Part shown: in pieces, positions 40,567 through 50,640 of the stretch | Layout: every line of letters begins with the position of its first letter | How positions within the stretch are numbered: position 1 is the stretch's first letter | Assembly (NCBI GenBank): GCA_963697755.1 | Contig: CAVOPE010000001.1 | Coordinates: forward strand, 148,912-212,911 | Direction of reading: 5' to 3' | DNA length: 64,000 bases | Source: an uncultured Gemmatimonadales bacterium | Lineage (GTDB): Bacteria > Gemmatimonadota > Gemmatimonadetes > Gemmatimonadales > GWC2-71-9 | Position numbers and translations under genes: made by a program | The notes under the pieces: generated by a model | Databases searched by the model: none | What the model saw: only the letters and a program-made list of their open reading frames with translations | What the model was told of the DNA's origin: nothing

Positions 40567-41639
40567 CAGGGGCGATCCAGCACGAGAAGGGTGTCCTCCC
40601 CGAGCGCCCGCCGGTCGGTCACGCGCCAGCGCGACGCGTCGTCGAGGGCGGTCGTGGGTAGACCTGCGACCGCCGGAACGCCGGCGGCACCCAGCCATAG
40701 GGGCGTCTGTATCCAGTAATAGCGGTCAACCAGGCCTGCGGCCAGGAGCCCGCCGGCCAGCCTGCCGCCGCCTTCGACCAGGATCGACCCGATCCCGGCC
40801 CCGCACAGCACGCCCAGCGCTTCCGCGAGAGAACCGGCCCGGACCACGCTCACCCCCGCCGACTCGAGCGGCGTCACCCGCGCACGCGGCGCGCCGGGGC
40901 CCACGACCGCGAAGGTGGGCACCTCCCGGGCGTTGCGCACCAGCGTGAGGGAGGTCGGCACGTCCCCATCGGCGGCGAAGACGATCCGGCGCGGGGTCAC
41001 TCTAGGCTGGACCGGGCCTCGCACCGTGAGCGAGGGGTCGTCGGCCCGCGCGGTCACTCCTCCGACCGCCACGGCATCGAACCCCGCCCGGAGCCAGTGG
41101 ACGAATTCGCGCGCCGGCGCGCCGGACAACCAGCGCGAATGTCCGTTGGCGTCGGCGATCCGGCCGTCGATCGTGGTCGCCAGCTTAAGCGCGATGAAGG
41201 GACGAGCCGTGCCGCGCAGTCGGTGAAGGAAGATGGCGTTCTGCGCCGCGGCCTCGTCGGCGCGCAGGCCGAACTCCACGTCGACGCCCGCCGCGCGCAA
41301 GCGGGCGGCGCCGCCGGCCGCCACCGGATTCGGATCGGGCAAGGCCGCGACGACGCGCCGGACACCGGCCGCGAGGAGCGCGTCGGTGCACGGGGGCTGC
41401 TTGCCCTGGTGATTGCACGGCTCGAGCGTGCAGACGACCGTGGCCCCCCGCGCGCGCGGTCCCGCGGCGGCGACCGCGGTGGGCTCCGCGTGGCTGCCCC
41501 CGAACTCGGCATGCCATCCCTCGCCCACGACCGCGCCGTCGTGCAGCACGACGGCGCCGACCAAGGGATTGGGCTGCACCTGCCCCCAGCCTTGCCAGGC
41601 GAGCACAAGCGCGCGGGCCATGGCGTCGCTCTCGGTCAC
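40566..41639 (-). CDS. ribD: Bifunctional diaminohydroxyphosphoribosylaminopyrimidine deaminase / 5-amino-6-(5-phosphoribosylamino)uracil reductase
   Basis: Deaminase motifs PNPLVGAVV, HAE and TLEPCNHQGKQPPC, followed by a reductase domain GIGSILVEGGGRLAG. Confidence 0.92.
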   Translation of the reverse strand: MTESDAMARALVLAWQGWGQVQPNPLVGAVVLHDGAVVGEGWHAEFGGSHAEPTAVAAAGPRARGATVVCTLEPCNHQGKQPPCTDALLAAGVRRVVAALPDPNPVAAGGAARLRAAGVDVEFGLRADEAAAQNAIFLHRLRGTARPFIALKLATTIDGRIADANGHSRWLSGAPAREFVHWLRAGFDAVAVGGVTARADDPSLTVRGPVQPRVTPRRIVFAADGDVPTSLTLVRNAREVPTFAVVGPGAPRARVTPLESAGVSVVRAGSLAEALGVLCGAGIGSILVEGGGRLAGGLLAAGLVDRYYWIQTPLWLGAAGVPAVAGLPTTALDDASRWRVTDRRALGEDTLLVLDRP

Positions 41640-41696
41640 GTCGCGCTCAGACGCCCGCGCGCAGGCCGAGGCCCGCGACCCTCGTTACTCACGACG

Positions 41697-42729
41697 TCAG
41701 GGCGCGGCGAACCGCACGTGGGGTTCTCCTCGACGGATCTCTCCCATGGGCCAGGTCGCCACGCCGGCGGCCAGGGCCGCGGCCTGGGCTCCGTCCACGG
41801 CATCCGCCGGCAGCACCGCGATCAGGCCGACGCCGAGGTTGAAGACTTCGCGCATCTCGTCGGTCGCGATCCGGCCGCCGCGCTGCAGCGCGGCGAAGAG
41901 CGGCGGCAGCGTCCAGGAGGACGGAGTCGACGACGGCCGCGCATCCCTCGGGGAGCACGCGGACGAGATTGCCAGGAATACCGCCTCCCGTGATGTGCGC
42001 GAGCCCGTGGAGACGGCCGATCACGGGCAGCACGCTGGAGACATAGCTCCGGTGCACCGCCAGGAGGGCATCGGCGACGCGCTGGCCCGTGTCCCCCAGG
42101 ATGTCGTCGAGGCCGAGCTGCATCCGCTCGAACACGATCCGACGGGCCAGCGTGTATCCATTGGTATGGAGTCCCGTCGAGGCGTAGGCGAGGAGCAGGT
42201 CGCCCGGCACGATCGCGTCGCCGTGCAGCGCCTCATCCTCCTCGACCACGCCGACGATCGTGCCCGCGAGGTCGTAGGTTCCCGGCTGGTAGAGTCCCGG
42301 CATCTGCGCGGTCTCACCGCCGGCCAGCGCCATGTCGTGGGCCCGGCACCCGCGGGCGATTCCCTCGACCAGCCCGGCGATCTGCTCAACCCGAAGCCCC
42401 GAGCCGGCGATGTAATCCATGAACGCGATCGGCCGGGCGCCGTGGACGAGAATATCGTTGACGCTGTGATTGACCAGGTCTTCGCCCACGGTGTCGAACC
42501 GCCCGGCCTGGAGCGCGACGAGCACCTTGGTGCCCACCCCATCGGTGCTGAGCACCAGAGTGGGGCGGCGCATCCCCGGCGGGATGCGCACCATGCCGCC
42601 GAAGGCACCGACCCTCCCCACCGAGAGCGACGTCCGCGTGCCGGCGACGAGGCGGCCGATCCGGGCCTTGGCCTCGTCCGCGCTCGCGAGGTCGACCCCC
42701 GCCGCGGCGTACTCGCCCGCCGACGTCAT
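41697..42729 (-). pseudogene. purM: Phosphoribosylformylglycinamidine cyclo-ligase (AIR synthetase) with a +1 frameshift near 41922
   Basis: The track ORF 41689..42729 is convincing PurM up to ...HITGGGIPGNLVRVLPEGCAAVVDS and then becomes Arg/Pro-rich nonsense. Shifting one base at about 41922 restores SSWTLPPLFAALQRGGRIATDEMREVFNLGVGLIAVLPADAVDGAQAAALAAGVATWPMGEIRRGEPHVRFAAP, with a stop at 41697. The span of 1033 nt is not a multiple of 3. Confidence 0.85.
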
Positions 42730-43646
42730 CCGAGCGGCTCCGCGAGGCCGACATGGGTGAGATCCTGGAACCCGCGGACTCGTTTCTCTACGTCCGCCAG
42801 CGTGACCTGGTCGAAGCCGCGGATGCCGAACTGCTCGACCGCATACGAGCCCATGGTCGCGCCGACGACCATGGCGCGGCGGATGTGGTCCTCCGAGACC
42901 GAATCGGTGCGGGCGAGGTAGGCCATGAACCCGCCCGCGAAGGCGTCGCCCGCGCCGGTGGGGTCGTAGACGCTCTCGAGCGGAAAGGCCGGCACGTAGA
43001 ACGTGCGCGTCGGCTCGATCAGCAGCGCGCCGTATTCACCCTGTTTGATGACCACGCGCTTGGGGCCGTGCGCCAGGATCCAGCGGCCGGCCCGGTGGAT
43101 GTTCCAGTCGCCGCTCAGCTCGCGCGCCTCGCTGTCATTGACCATGAGGACGTCCACCCGGGCCAGCAGCTCGAGGAGCGTCGCCTTCTTGCTCTGGATC
43201 CAGTAGTTCATCGTGTCGCACACCACGAGCGACGGCTTGCGCACCTGCCCGAGGACGCCGAGCTGGAGCTCGGGATCGATGTTTCCCAGAAACAGGTACT
43301 TCGCGGAGCGGAACGCCTCGGGCAGCTTGGGCTGGAAATTGGCGAACACGCCCAGGCGCGTGTCCAGCGTCTCCCGGCTCTGGAGGTCGTAGGAATACTT
43401 GCCTTTCCAGCGGAAGCTCTCGCCCTCGGCGCGCTCGACGCCGCTCCAGTCGATGCCCCGCGAGGCGAGTCGCTCGAGCTCGGCCACGGGATAGTCGCTC
43501 CCGATCACCCCCACCACCTGGACCGGGTGCAGCAGCGCGCCGGCGACGCTGAAATACACGGCGGAGCCGCCCAGCGCGTCGGCGGTCTCGCCGAACGGCG
43601 TGAAGATCGAGTCGAGCGCGATGCTGCCGACGACGAGCAGGCTCAT
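42726..43646 (-). CDS. PfkB-family carbohydrate/nucleoside kinase
   Basis: MSLLVVGSIALDSI...GGSAVYFS N-terminal motif and C-terminal DPTGAGDAFAGGF anion-hole motif of the ribokinase/PfkB family. ATGA overlap with the purM start. Confidence 0.85.
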   Translation of the reverse strand: MSLLVVGSIALDSIFTPFGETADALGGSAVYFSVAGALLHPVQVVGVIGSDYPVAELERLASRGIDWSGVERAEGESFRWKGKYSYDLQSRETLDTRLGVFANFQPKLPEAFRSAKYLFLGNIDPELQLGVLGQVRKPSLVVCDTMNYWIQSKKATLLELLARVDVLMVNDSEARELSGDWNIHRAGRWILAHGPKRVVIKQGEYGALLIEPTRTFYVPAFPLESVYDPTGAGDAFAGGFMAYLARTDSVSEDHIRRAMVVGATMGSYAVEQFGIRGFDQVTLADVEKRVRGFQDLTHVGLAEPLG

Positions 43647-43650
43647 CAGT

Positions 43651-45294
43651 TCACATCCGGTCCGGAGCGGAGATGCCCAGCAGGGTCAGCGCATTGGCGA
43701 GGACCACGCGCGCCGCGCGGGCGAGGAGCAGCCGAGCCTGCTCCGTGGCCGGCCCCTCCGGAGCGCCGATCGCGCGTGTGTGGTGGTACCAGCCGTGGAC
43801 GACGGTCGCCAGCTCGTGCAGGAACACGGTGATCCGATGCGGCTCGCGCTCGCGCGCGGCCTTCTCGACAACCTCGGGGAAGGTCACCAGCTTCTTCAGC
43901 AGCTCTGCATCCTGCGGGGCCGGGAGCGCGGCGAGATCGAGCTCGCCCGTCACGCTCTCGGGCGTCCGTTCAGCCGTCCGGAAGATGCCGCTCAGCCGGG
44001 CGTGGGCCATCTGCACGTAGAAGACCGGGTTCTCATCGGTCTGCCGCTTGGCAAGGTCGAGATCGAAGTCGAGCGGGCTCGCACCCTTCCGCATGAGGAA
44101 GAAGTAGCGCGCCGCGTCTACGCCGACCTCCTCGTACAGGTCGCGCAACGTGACGAACTCGCCGCTCCGCTTGGACATCTTCACCTCTTCCCCGCCCCGG
44201 ACCACCTTGACCAGCTGCACCAGCGCGACGTCGAAGAACTCCGGCGGATACCCCAGCGCCTGCAGCACCGCCCGCATGCGCGGGATGTAGCCGTGGTGGT
44301 CGGCGCCCCACACGTCGATCGCGCGGTCGAAGCCGCGGTCGTGCTTGTCGATGTGATAGGCGATGTCGGGCACGAGATAGGTGTAGGAGCCGTCGGTCTT
44401 CCGCAGCACCCGGTCCTTGTCGTCCCCGAACTGGGTGGTGCGGAGCCAGAGCGCGCCATCGGCCTCGAACGTGAGACCGCGTGCGGCCAGCAGCTCGAGC
44501 GCGTGCTGGACCCGACCCGAGTCGTAGATCGCCTGCTCCGACGACAACACGTCGAAGTGGACGCCGAACTCGGCCAGATCGCGGTCCTGCTCCTGCCGCT
44601 GGATGCGGAGCCCGTGCGCCCGCGCGCGGCGCAGGCCGTCCGCGGCCGGCAGCTCGGTGAACCCCGGGCTCTCGCTCGCGAGCACCTCGCGGGCATTCTC
44701 GCGCAGGTACTCGCCGTGGTAGCCGCCCTCGGGAATGACCGCCGGGTGGCCGGCGAGCTGACGAATGCGAGCCCAGAGGCTCTCGGCCAGCCGATCGATC
44801 TGCACGCCCGCGTCGTTGATGTAGAACTCGCGGGTCACCGCGTGGCCGGTCCACTCAAGCAGCGACCCGATGGCGTCGCCCAGCGCCGCGCCCCGGCCGT
44901 GGCCCACGTGCAGCGGTCCGGTCGGGTTCGCCGACACGAACTCGATGTTGACCTTGAGGCCGGCGCCCGAGGTCGAGCGGCCGTAGGCCGCACCCTGGAC
45001 GAGGATCTCCCGGTGGGCCGCCGCGAGCTGAGTCTGGGCGAGCCAGAAGTTGATGAATCCCGGGCCGGCGATCTCGGTCCGCTCAACCAGCCCCGGAGAC
45101 AACCGAAGCTCCTCCAGGACCCGCTCGGCCGTCTTGCGCGGGTTGGCGCGCTCGCGCCTGGCCAGCACCATGGCCAGGTTGGTGGCGAGGTCGCCGTGTC
45201 CCGCGTCGCGCGGGCGCTCGAGCACGAAGTCGACCCCGTCGGCGCCGAGTCGCGAGGCTACCCTCGCGAGCTCGGCGCGAAGCGCGTCGCTCAC
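43651..45294 (-). CDS. argS: Arginine--tRNA ligase
   Basis: Class-I HIGH motif SANPTGPLHVGHGR, KMSKRSG motif and a DALR anticodon-binding C-terminus. The GTG start forms a GTGA overlap with the upstream stop. Confidence 0.96.
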   Translation of the reverse strand: MSDALRAELARVASRLGADGVDFVLERPRDAGHGDLATNLAMVLARRERANPRKTAERVLEELRLSPGLVERTEIAGPGFINFWLAQTQLAAAHREILVQGAAYGRSTSGAGLKVNIEFVSANPTGPLHVGHGRGAALGDAIGSLLEWTGHAVTREFYINDAGVQIDRLAESLWARIRQLAGHPAVIPEGGYHGEYLRENAREVLASESPGFTELPAADGLRRARAHGLRIQRQEQDRDLAEFGVHFDVLSSEQAIYDSGRVQHALELLAARGLTFEADGALWLRTTQFGDDKDRVLRKTDGSYTYLVPDIAYHIDKHDRGFDRAIDVWGADHHGYIPRMRAVLQALGYPPEFFDVALVQLVKVVRGGEEVKMSKRSGEFVTLRDLYEEVGVDAARYFFLMRKGASPLDFDLDLAKRQTDENPVFYVQMAHARLSGIFRTAERTPESVTGELDLAALPAPQDAELLKKLVTFPEVVEKAAREREPHRITVFLHELATVVHGWYHHTRAIGAPEGPATEQARLLLARAARVVLANALTLLGISAPDRM

Positions 45295-45626
45295 TCGGAA
45301 GGGGCCTTCTTGGCGGGCTTGGCGTCGGCCTTCGCGGCGGGTTTGGCATCCGGCTTGGCAGCCGGCGCCGTGTCGCCCTTGGCCTTGGAATCCACCTTGG
45401 ACTCCGCCGCCGGCTTCTCCGACTCCGCCTTGCGCGGGCCCTTCCCGTCCTTGCCGTAGTCGGTGATGTAGAAGCCGCTACCCTTGAACACGAGCCCGGC
45501 GCCCCCGGAGATCTTGCGTGTCGCCGGCTTGCCGCAGGTCGGGCACTTGGCCCGCGGCTTGTCGGTCATCTTCTGGAACTTCTCGAACACATGCCCCTCG
45601 GGGCACTCGTACTCGTAGGTCGGCAT
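45291..45626 (-). CDS. FmdB-family zinc-ribbon protein with a Lys/Ala/Pro-rich tail
   Basis: MPTYEYECPEGHVFEKFQKMTDKPRAKCPTCGKPATRKISGGAGLVFKGSGFYITDY (CxxC...CxxC zinc ribbon), followed by a low-complexity tail KPAAESKVDSKAKGDTAPAAKPDAKPAAKADAKPAKK. Confidence 0.85.
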   Translation of the reverse strand: MPTYEYECPEGHVFEKFQKMTDKPRAKCPTCGKPATRKISGGAGLVFKGSGFYITDYGKDGKGPRKAESEKPAAESKVDSKAKGDTAPAAKPDAKPAAKADAKPAKKAPSE

Positions 45627-45768
45627 CGGCGCTCGCTGAGGGTAAACGAAACCAGCGGCGAAACTTAGCCGCGTCGAGCGAGTACCTCAAGGCGGTCGGC
45701 GACCGCATGCACCACAGAGAGCACGGAAGCCTCACCACGCGAGGTGAAACAGGCCTGCCCGTGCCGAA

Positions 45769-47307
45769 TCACGCCGGCCGGTACACCCCCCAGGCGTCCC
45801 GCAGCACATCGCTGATCTCTCCAAGGGTCGCTCGGTCCCGGACCGCGTCGAGGATCGGCGGCATGAGGGGTGTGGTGCCGGCGGCAGCGGCGCGGAGGCC
45901 GGCGAGCGACGCCGCAACCCTCGCGCCGTCCCGGCGGCGCCGCACCTCCGCCACCCGAGCGCGCTGCTGGGCCTCGAGCGCGGAGAAATCCGGTGTCTCG
46001 ATCGCGGGCGCCGGCGAGCCGTCGGCGAAACGGTTAACGCCGACCACGACGAGGTTGCCGGACTCCTGCGCCTTCTGCAGCTCGTAGGCGCTCCGCGCGA
46101 TCGCCTCCTGGAAGAAGCCGAGCTCGATCGCCCGCGCCGCGCCGCCCAGGGCATCCACCTCGGCGACCAGCGCGCGCGCGTCCGCCTCGATCGCGTCGGT
46201 CAGTGTCTCGACGTAGTAGCTGCCGGCCAGGGGATCGACGACCCGTGCCACGCCGCTCTCGTACCCGATCACCTGCTGCGTGCGCAGAGCGAGCGTGGCC
46301 GACTGCTCGGTCGGCAGCGCGAGCGCTTCGTCGTACCCGTTGGTGTGGAGCGACTGGGTACCACCCAGCACCGCCGCGAGCGCCTGCACCGTCACGCGCA
46401 CCACGTTCGTCAGCGGCTGCTGCGCCTGCAGGGTGACCCCGCCCGTCTGGGTGTGGAACCGGAGTCGCGCGGTGGCATCGCCGGCGCCGAACCGCTCGCG
46501 CACCAGGCGGGCCCAGAGGCGGCGGGCGGCCCTGAACTTCGCCGCTTCCTCGAACAGATCGTTGTGGCTGGCGAAGAAGAACGACAGCCGCGGGCCGAAC
46601 GCATCGATCGCGAGTCCTGCCTCGACCGCCACGCGCACGTACTCGAGCGCGTTGGCGAGCGTGAAGGCGACCTCCTGCACCGCCGTTGCGCCCGCCTCGC
46701 GCATGTGGTAGCCGCTGATCGAGATCGGGTTGAAGGTCATCTCCTCGTCGCTGACGAAGCGGAAGATGTCCGCCACCAGCCGGAGGGACGGCGCCGCGGG
46801 ATAGATGTAGGTCCCGCGGGCGATGTACTCCTTGAGCACGTCGTTCTGCACCGTGCCCGTCAGCTTCGCGCGCGGGACGCCCTGCTCCTCGCCGACCACG
46901 ACGTACATGGCGAGCAGGATGGCCGCGGTCGCGTTGATCGTCATCGACGTGGACACGCGGTCGAGCGGGATCTCGCGGAACAGGTCGGCGAGGTCGTCCA
47001 CCGTGTCGATGGCCACGCCGACGCGTCCGACTTCGCCCTGCGCCATCGGGTGATCGGAGTCGTAGCCCATCTGCGTGGGCAGGTCGAACGCCGTCGAGAG
47101 CCCCATCTGTCCGGCGGCGAGGAGTCGACGGAAGCGTTGGTTGGTCTCCTGCGCAGTGCCGAACCCGGCGTACTGGCGCATGGTCCACAGCCGACCCGTG
47201 TACATGTTGGGGTACACGCCGCGGGTGAACGGAAACTCCCCCGGGCGGCCGAGATCCCGCGCGGGATCGCCGGCCCAGTCCTCCGGGCCGTAGACCGACT
47301 TGGTCAC
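45769..47307 (-). CDS. Methylmalonyl-CoA mutase family, catalytic (large-subunit N-terminal) domain only
   Basis: [35 protein letters not shown]...[15 protein letters not shown]-type motifs. The 512-aa protein ends before any B12-binding (DxHxxG) domain. The GTG start forms a GTGA overlap with the fbp stop. Confidence 0.9.
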   Translation of the reverse strand: MTKSVYGPEDWAGDPARDLGRPGEFPFTRGVYPNMYTGRLWTMRQYAGFGTAQETNQRFRRLLAAGQMGLSTAFDLPTQMGYDSDHPMAQGEVGRVGVAIDTVDDLADLFREIPLDRVSTSMTINATAAILLAMYVVVGEEQGVPRAKLTGTVQNDVLKEYIARGTYIYPAAPSLRLVADIFRFVSDEEMTFNPISISGYHMREAGATAVQEVAFTLANALEYVRVAVEAGLAIDAFGPRLSFFFASHNDLFEEAAKFRAARRLWARLVRERFGAGDATARLRFHTQTGGVTLQAQQPLTNVVRVTVQALAAVLGGTQSLHTNGYDEALALPTEQSATLALRTQQVIGYESGVARVVDPLAGSYYVETLTDAIEADARALVAEVDALGGAARAIELGFFQEAIARSAYELQKAQESGNLVVVGVNRFADGSPAPAIETPDFSALEAQQRARVAEVRRRRDGARVAASLAGLRAAAAGTTPLMPPILDAVRDRATLGEISDVLRDAWGVYRPA

Positions 47308-48350
47308 AGGGCGGGCTGCGAGACGGCGCCGCTCACCCGAACGGAATCGGCGACGCGTCGGATGGTGTCAGCCACGAAGCCGACGTCCTCCCGGCTGCCG
47401 ATCACGAGCGGTGTACGCTGGTGCAGGTTGGTGGGTACGAGGTCCAGGATGCGGTTCACTCCGTCCGTCGCGCTGCCTTCCGCCTGCTCGGCGATGAATG
47501 CCATCGGGCTCGCCTCGTACAACAGACGCAGCTTGCCGCTGGTGTTCTTGGCGTCGGCCGGGTACAGGAACACCCCGCCGCTGATCAGGTTCCGATGGAA
47601 GTCGGCCACCAGCGAGCCGATGTAGCGGCTGTTCTTCGGCCTGATGCCGTCCGGCAGGTCGCCCTTGAGACCCCGGACAGCCGCTTGGACGGTCCGATCC
47701 CAGCGCGGGAAATTGCTTTCGTTCACGCTGTAGTACTTCCCGACCCGCGGCGTCACGATGCGCTCGTGCGACAACAGAAACTCGCCGATCGTCGGATCGA
47801 GGGTGAAGCCGTGGGCGCCCTGGCCGGTGGTATAGACCAGCATCGTGCTCGACCCGTACATCACGTATCCCGCGGCCACCTGCTGACACCCCGGCTGGAG
47901 CACGTCCGCCACCGTGCCGCGGCCCTCCATGCTCAACCGGCGGTGGATGCTGAAGATGGTGCCGACAGCGGAATTGACATCGATGTTGGACGAGCCGTCG
48001 AGCGGATCGAAGAGGACCGCGTACTTGCCGACCGCGGATTCGGGCGGAACCGGGATGATGTCTTCGTCTTCCTCGCTGCCCATCACACAGACCCGGCCGG
48101 TGTGCTTGAGACAATTCTTGATGGTCTCGTTGGCCAGGACATCCAGCTTCTGCTGCTCCTCCCCCTGGACGTTTTCCGCCCCTTGCTTGCCGAGGATGTT
48201 GACGAGGCCCGCCCGCCGGATCGCCGCGGCGATGATCTTGGCCGCGAGGGCGATGTCGTAGAGCAGATTGCTCAGCTCCCCGGTCGCCTCCGGGTAGCGG
48301 TCTTCCTGATCGAGAATGAAGCGCTCGATGGTCGTGACCGACGTCAGCAC
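47304..48350 (-). CDS. fbp: Fructose-1,6-bisphosphatase class 1
   Basis: [56 protein letters not shown]-like motif. Confidence 0.93.
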   Translation of the reverse strand: MLTSVTTIERFILDQEDRYPEATGELSNLLYDIALAAKIIAAAIRRAGLVNILGKQGAENVQGEEQQKLDVLANETIKNCLKHTGRVCVMGSEEDEDIIPVPPESAVGKYAVLFDPLDGSSNIDVNSAVGTIFSIHRRLSMEGRGTVADVLQPGCQQVAAGYVMYGSSTMLVYTTGQGAHGFTLDPTIGEFLLSHERIVTPRVGKYYSVNESNFPRWDRTVQAAVRGLKGDLPDGIRPKNSRYIGSLVADFHRNLISGGVFLYPADAKNTSGKLRLLYEASPMAFIAEQAEGSATDGVNRILDLVPTNLHQRTPLVIGSREDVGFVADTIRRVADSVRVSGAVSQPAL

Positions 48351-48380
48351 GTAGCCCCCGGGGTTTCTGGGAAAGAGATC

Positions 48381-50624
48381 TCAGCGCACGTCGTAGCTCG
48401 CCGTGCCGGCCCTCGACCGGACCGTCATGCGGCGTCCGTCCGTCAGCACCGTCACCGTCCCCTCGCGGTCGGTCCGATGCACCGCGATGCCATGGACGCG
48501 CAGCCGCTCGAGCGTGGCGGGCGCGGGATGACCGTAGTCGTTACGGCCGAGGGAGATCACCGCCACGGTCGGGGTGAGCGCACCGAGCCACTCGTCGCCG
48601 GTGCTGCCACGACTCCCGTGATGGCCGACCTTGAGGAGATCCACTCGGCGGAGCCGCGCCGCCATCGCCGACTCCGCCGGGAAGCCGGCGTCTCCCGCGA
48701 ACACCGCCTGGAAGTCGCCGTACTCCACCAGGAGCACGAGCGAGTCCTCGTTGACGTCCTCGCCCCAGTGCGCCCAGCCGGGCACGGGATGAACGACCGT
48801 GAAGCGCACGCCGTCGAGCTCGAAGCGGTCTCCCGCGCGTGCGGGGCGCCAAGCCGTTCGGCTCCCGTCGAGACCGCCCAGAAACCGCGTGTAGCGGGCA
48901 TCGGCAACCAGGGCGCCCGGCTCGATCACGAGCCCGGTGCCGATCCTCGCCATGACCGCGGGCAGTCCGCCCAGGTGATCGGCGTGGGCGTGGGAGACCA
49001 CCGCGAGGGCGAGCGAACGAGCCCCCTGCCGCAGCAGGAACGGCGCGACCACGCGACGTCCCGCGTCCGACCGCTCGTCTGCGGGTCCGGCATCCACGAG
49101 AATCCAGCGACCGCCGGGGGTGCGGATCGCAGCCGCGTCGCCCTGCCCGACGTCCAGAAAATGTAACGCGAGGCCCCGACCCCCGTCAGCCGTGTGTGGC
49201 AGCGCGCTCCGGCCCAGTGCAACCCACAGCACGCAGGTGAGCGCCCAGCCGACCCGGCGAGCCGCCTCGACCGGAGTGTTCCGCTCGGCCGTGCACCAGA
49301 GGCCGGCGCCCAGCGCCAGCGCCCAGGGCACGGTGGCGGTGGCCTCGCCCGCGGCGAGGAGCTGGTGGCCGTAGGGCACCCTCGCTCCGACGGCGGCGAC
49401 GAGCTCGAGCAGCTGCAGCGCCAGCCCCGCCCCGCCCGCAAACGCACCGGCGATGTAGGGAACGAGTGGATACAGTACCAGGCTCACCGCGACGGCCGGT
49501 ACTGCGACGGCCGCGATCGGAATGGCCGCGAAGTTGAGGACGATCCCGATCGGGGCTACGGTCCCGAGCGCCCACGCGGTGATCGGTGCCGTCGCCAGCG
49601 TGGCGCCGACCGACGAGCCCAGTGTGCGCCAGCCGAAGCTCCGTCCGAGGGACGCATCGGTCCAGCGGCTGAAGCGCGTGGCTCCCCAGAGCGCAGCAGC
49701 GGAGAGCCAGCCACCGAGGTCGAGCACCGCCCACGGATCGATCAGCAGCACCGCGAGGCACGTCGCGGCCAGCAGCTCGTCGCCGCGCACGTGACGCTGG
49801 CGCAGGCGGCACCGGGCCAGGACAACGGCGAGGGCGGCGGCGCGGGTCGCCGGCGCGGGCCAGCCGAGAAAGCCGACGTAGGCGACGCTCGTGAGGGCGG
49901 CGATCACCACTGCGCGCTCGCGACGGGCGCGGCAGAGCCGGGCGCCGAGAAACACCCATGCGCCGATGAGCCCGACGTGAAAGCCGGAGATGGACAGCAG
50001 GTGGACCAACCCGGACTGGGCGAAGCGGTCCTGCAGGTCGGCGTCGATGCCGCCGCGGCGGCCGAGCATCAGGGCGTCGACGAGCGGTGCGCGCGCGCCG
50101 TACAGCGTGCGGCTCGCCTCACCTAGCATGGTCCGGAGGCGGGCGCCGATCGGCGGTGCGCCGGCGGCCGCATCCGCGCCGTGGACGAGCAGCGTCCCGT
50201 CCGCCCGCCCGGCCGGCCCGGCGCGAGGAGCCCAGGTGGCCTCGACCAGGGTGGTCGGGCCCGCCGCGACCGCGGTGCCCGACGGCCACCGAGCGGACAC
50301 GCCGCCCGTGCACCCGGCGCCGACCGGCTCGACTTGTACTCTACCGCCCTCCGCCGTCACGGGCTCGGTGAGCCGAACGGTGAGCCTCATTCTGCGCGGC
50401 GGCAGCCGGGCGGCGCACCGGCTGCGCTCGGCCACCCAAGCGAGCTCGCCGCTGGCTCGCCCGAGACTCGCCGCGACGGCGAGCAGGATCGGCAGTGGTC
50501 GCCCGTTGACGACTGCCCCACCAAGTACCGCAATCGCGCCGAGCGGGCTCCCGAAATGCCAGAGGCCGGTCGCGAGACCGGCCCCGTAACACAGCGTGAA
50601 CAGCAGTGGCGGCCGGAGCTTCAC
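48381..50624 (-). CDS. comEC: DNA internalisation-related competence protein ComEC/Rec2
   Basis: N-terminal polytopic competence domain (SGLVHLLSISGFHVG) and a C-terminal metallo-beta-lactamase domain (VSHAHADHLGG, KVGHHGS). I prefer the GTG at 50624 (VKLRPPLLFTLCYG). The track ATG at 50705 would overlap comFB by 65 nt. Confidence 0.88.
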   Translation of the reverse strand: MKLRPPLLFTLCYGAGLATGLWHFGSPLGAIAVLGGAVVNGRPLPILLAVAASLGRASGELAWVAERSRCAARLPPRRMRLTVRLTEPVTAEGGRVQVEPVGAGCTGGVSARWPSGTAVAAGPTTLVEATWAPRAGPAGRADGTLLVHGADAAAGAPPIGARLRTMLGEASRTLYGARAPLVDALMLGRRGGIDADLQDRFAQSGLVHLLSISGFHVGLIGAWVFLGARLCRARRERAVVIAALTSVAYVGFLGWPAPATRAAALAVVLARCRLRQRHVRGDELLAATCLAVLLIDPWAVLDLGGWLSAAALWGATRFSRWTDASLGRSFGWRTLGSSVGATLATAPITAWALGTVAPIGIVLNFAAIPIAAVAVPAVAVSLVLYPLVPYIAGAFAGGAGLALQLLELVAAVGARVPYGHQLLAAGEATATVPWALALGAGLWCTAERNTPVEAARRVGWALTCVLWVALGRSALPHTADGGRGLALHFLDVGQGDAAAIRTPGGRWILVDAGPADERSDAGRRVVAPFLLRQGARSLALAVVSHAHADHLGGLPAVMARIGTGLVIEPGALVADARYTRFLGGLDGSRTAWRPARAGDRFELDGVRFTVVHPVPGWAHWGEDVNEDSLVLLVEYGDFQAVFAGDAGFPAESAMAARLRRVDLLKVGHHGSRGSTGDEWLGALTPTVAVISLGRNDYGHPAPATLERLRVHGIAVHRTDREGTVTVLTDGRRMTVRSRAGTASYDVR

Positions 50625-50640
50625 GGCCGCCAGCCGTGGC

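Noticed and set aside
41640-41696. An FMN riboswitch upstream of the ribD-ribE-ribBA-ribH operon.
   Set aside because: Only about 50-57 nt separate ribD from the purM stop, which is too short for the aptamer of roughly 140 nt. None of the conserved FMN-element segments are present there or in the purM 3' end.
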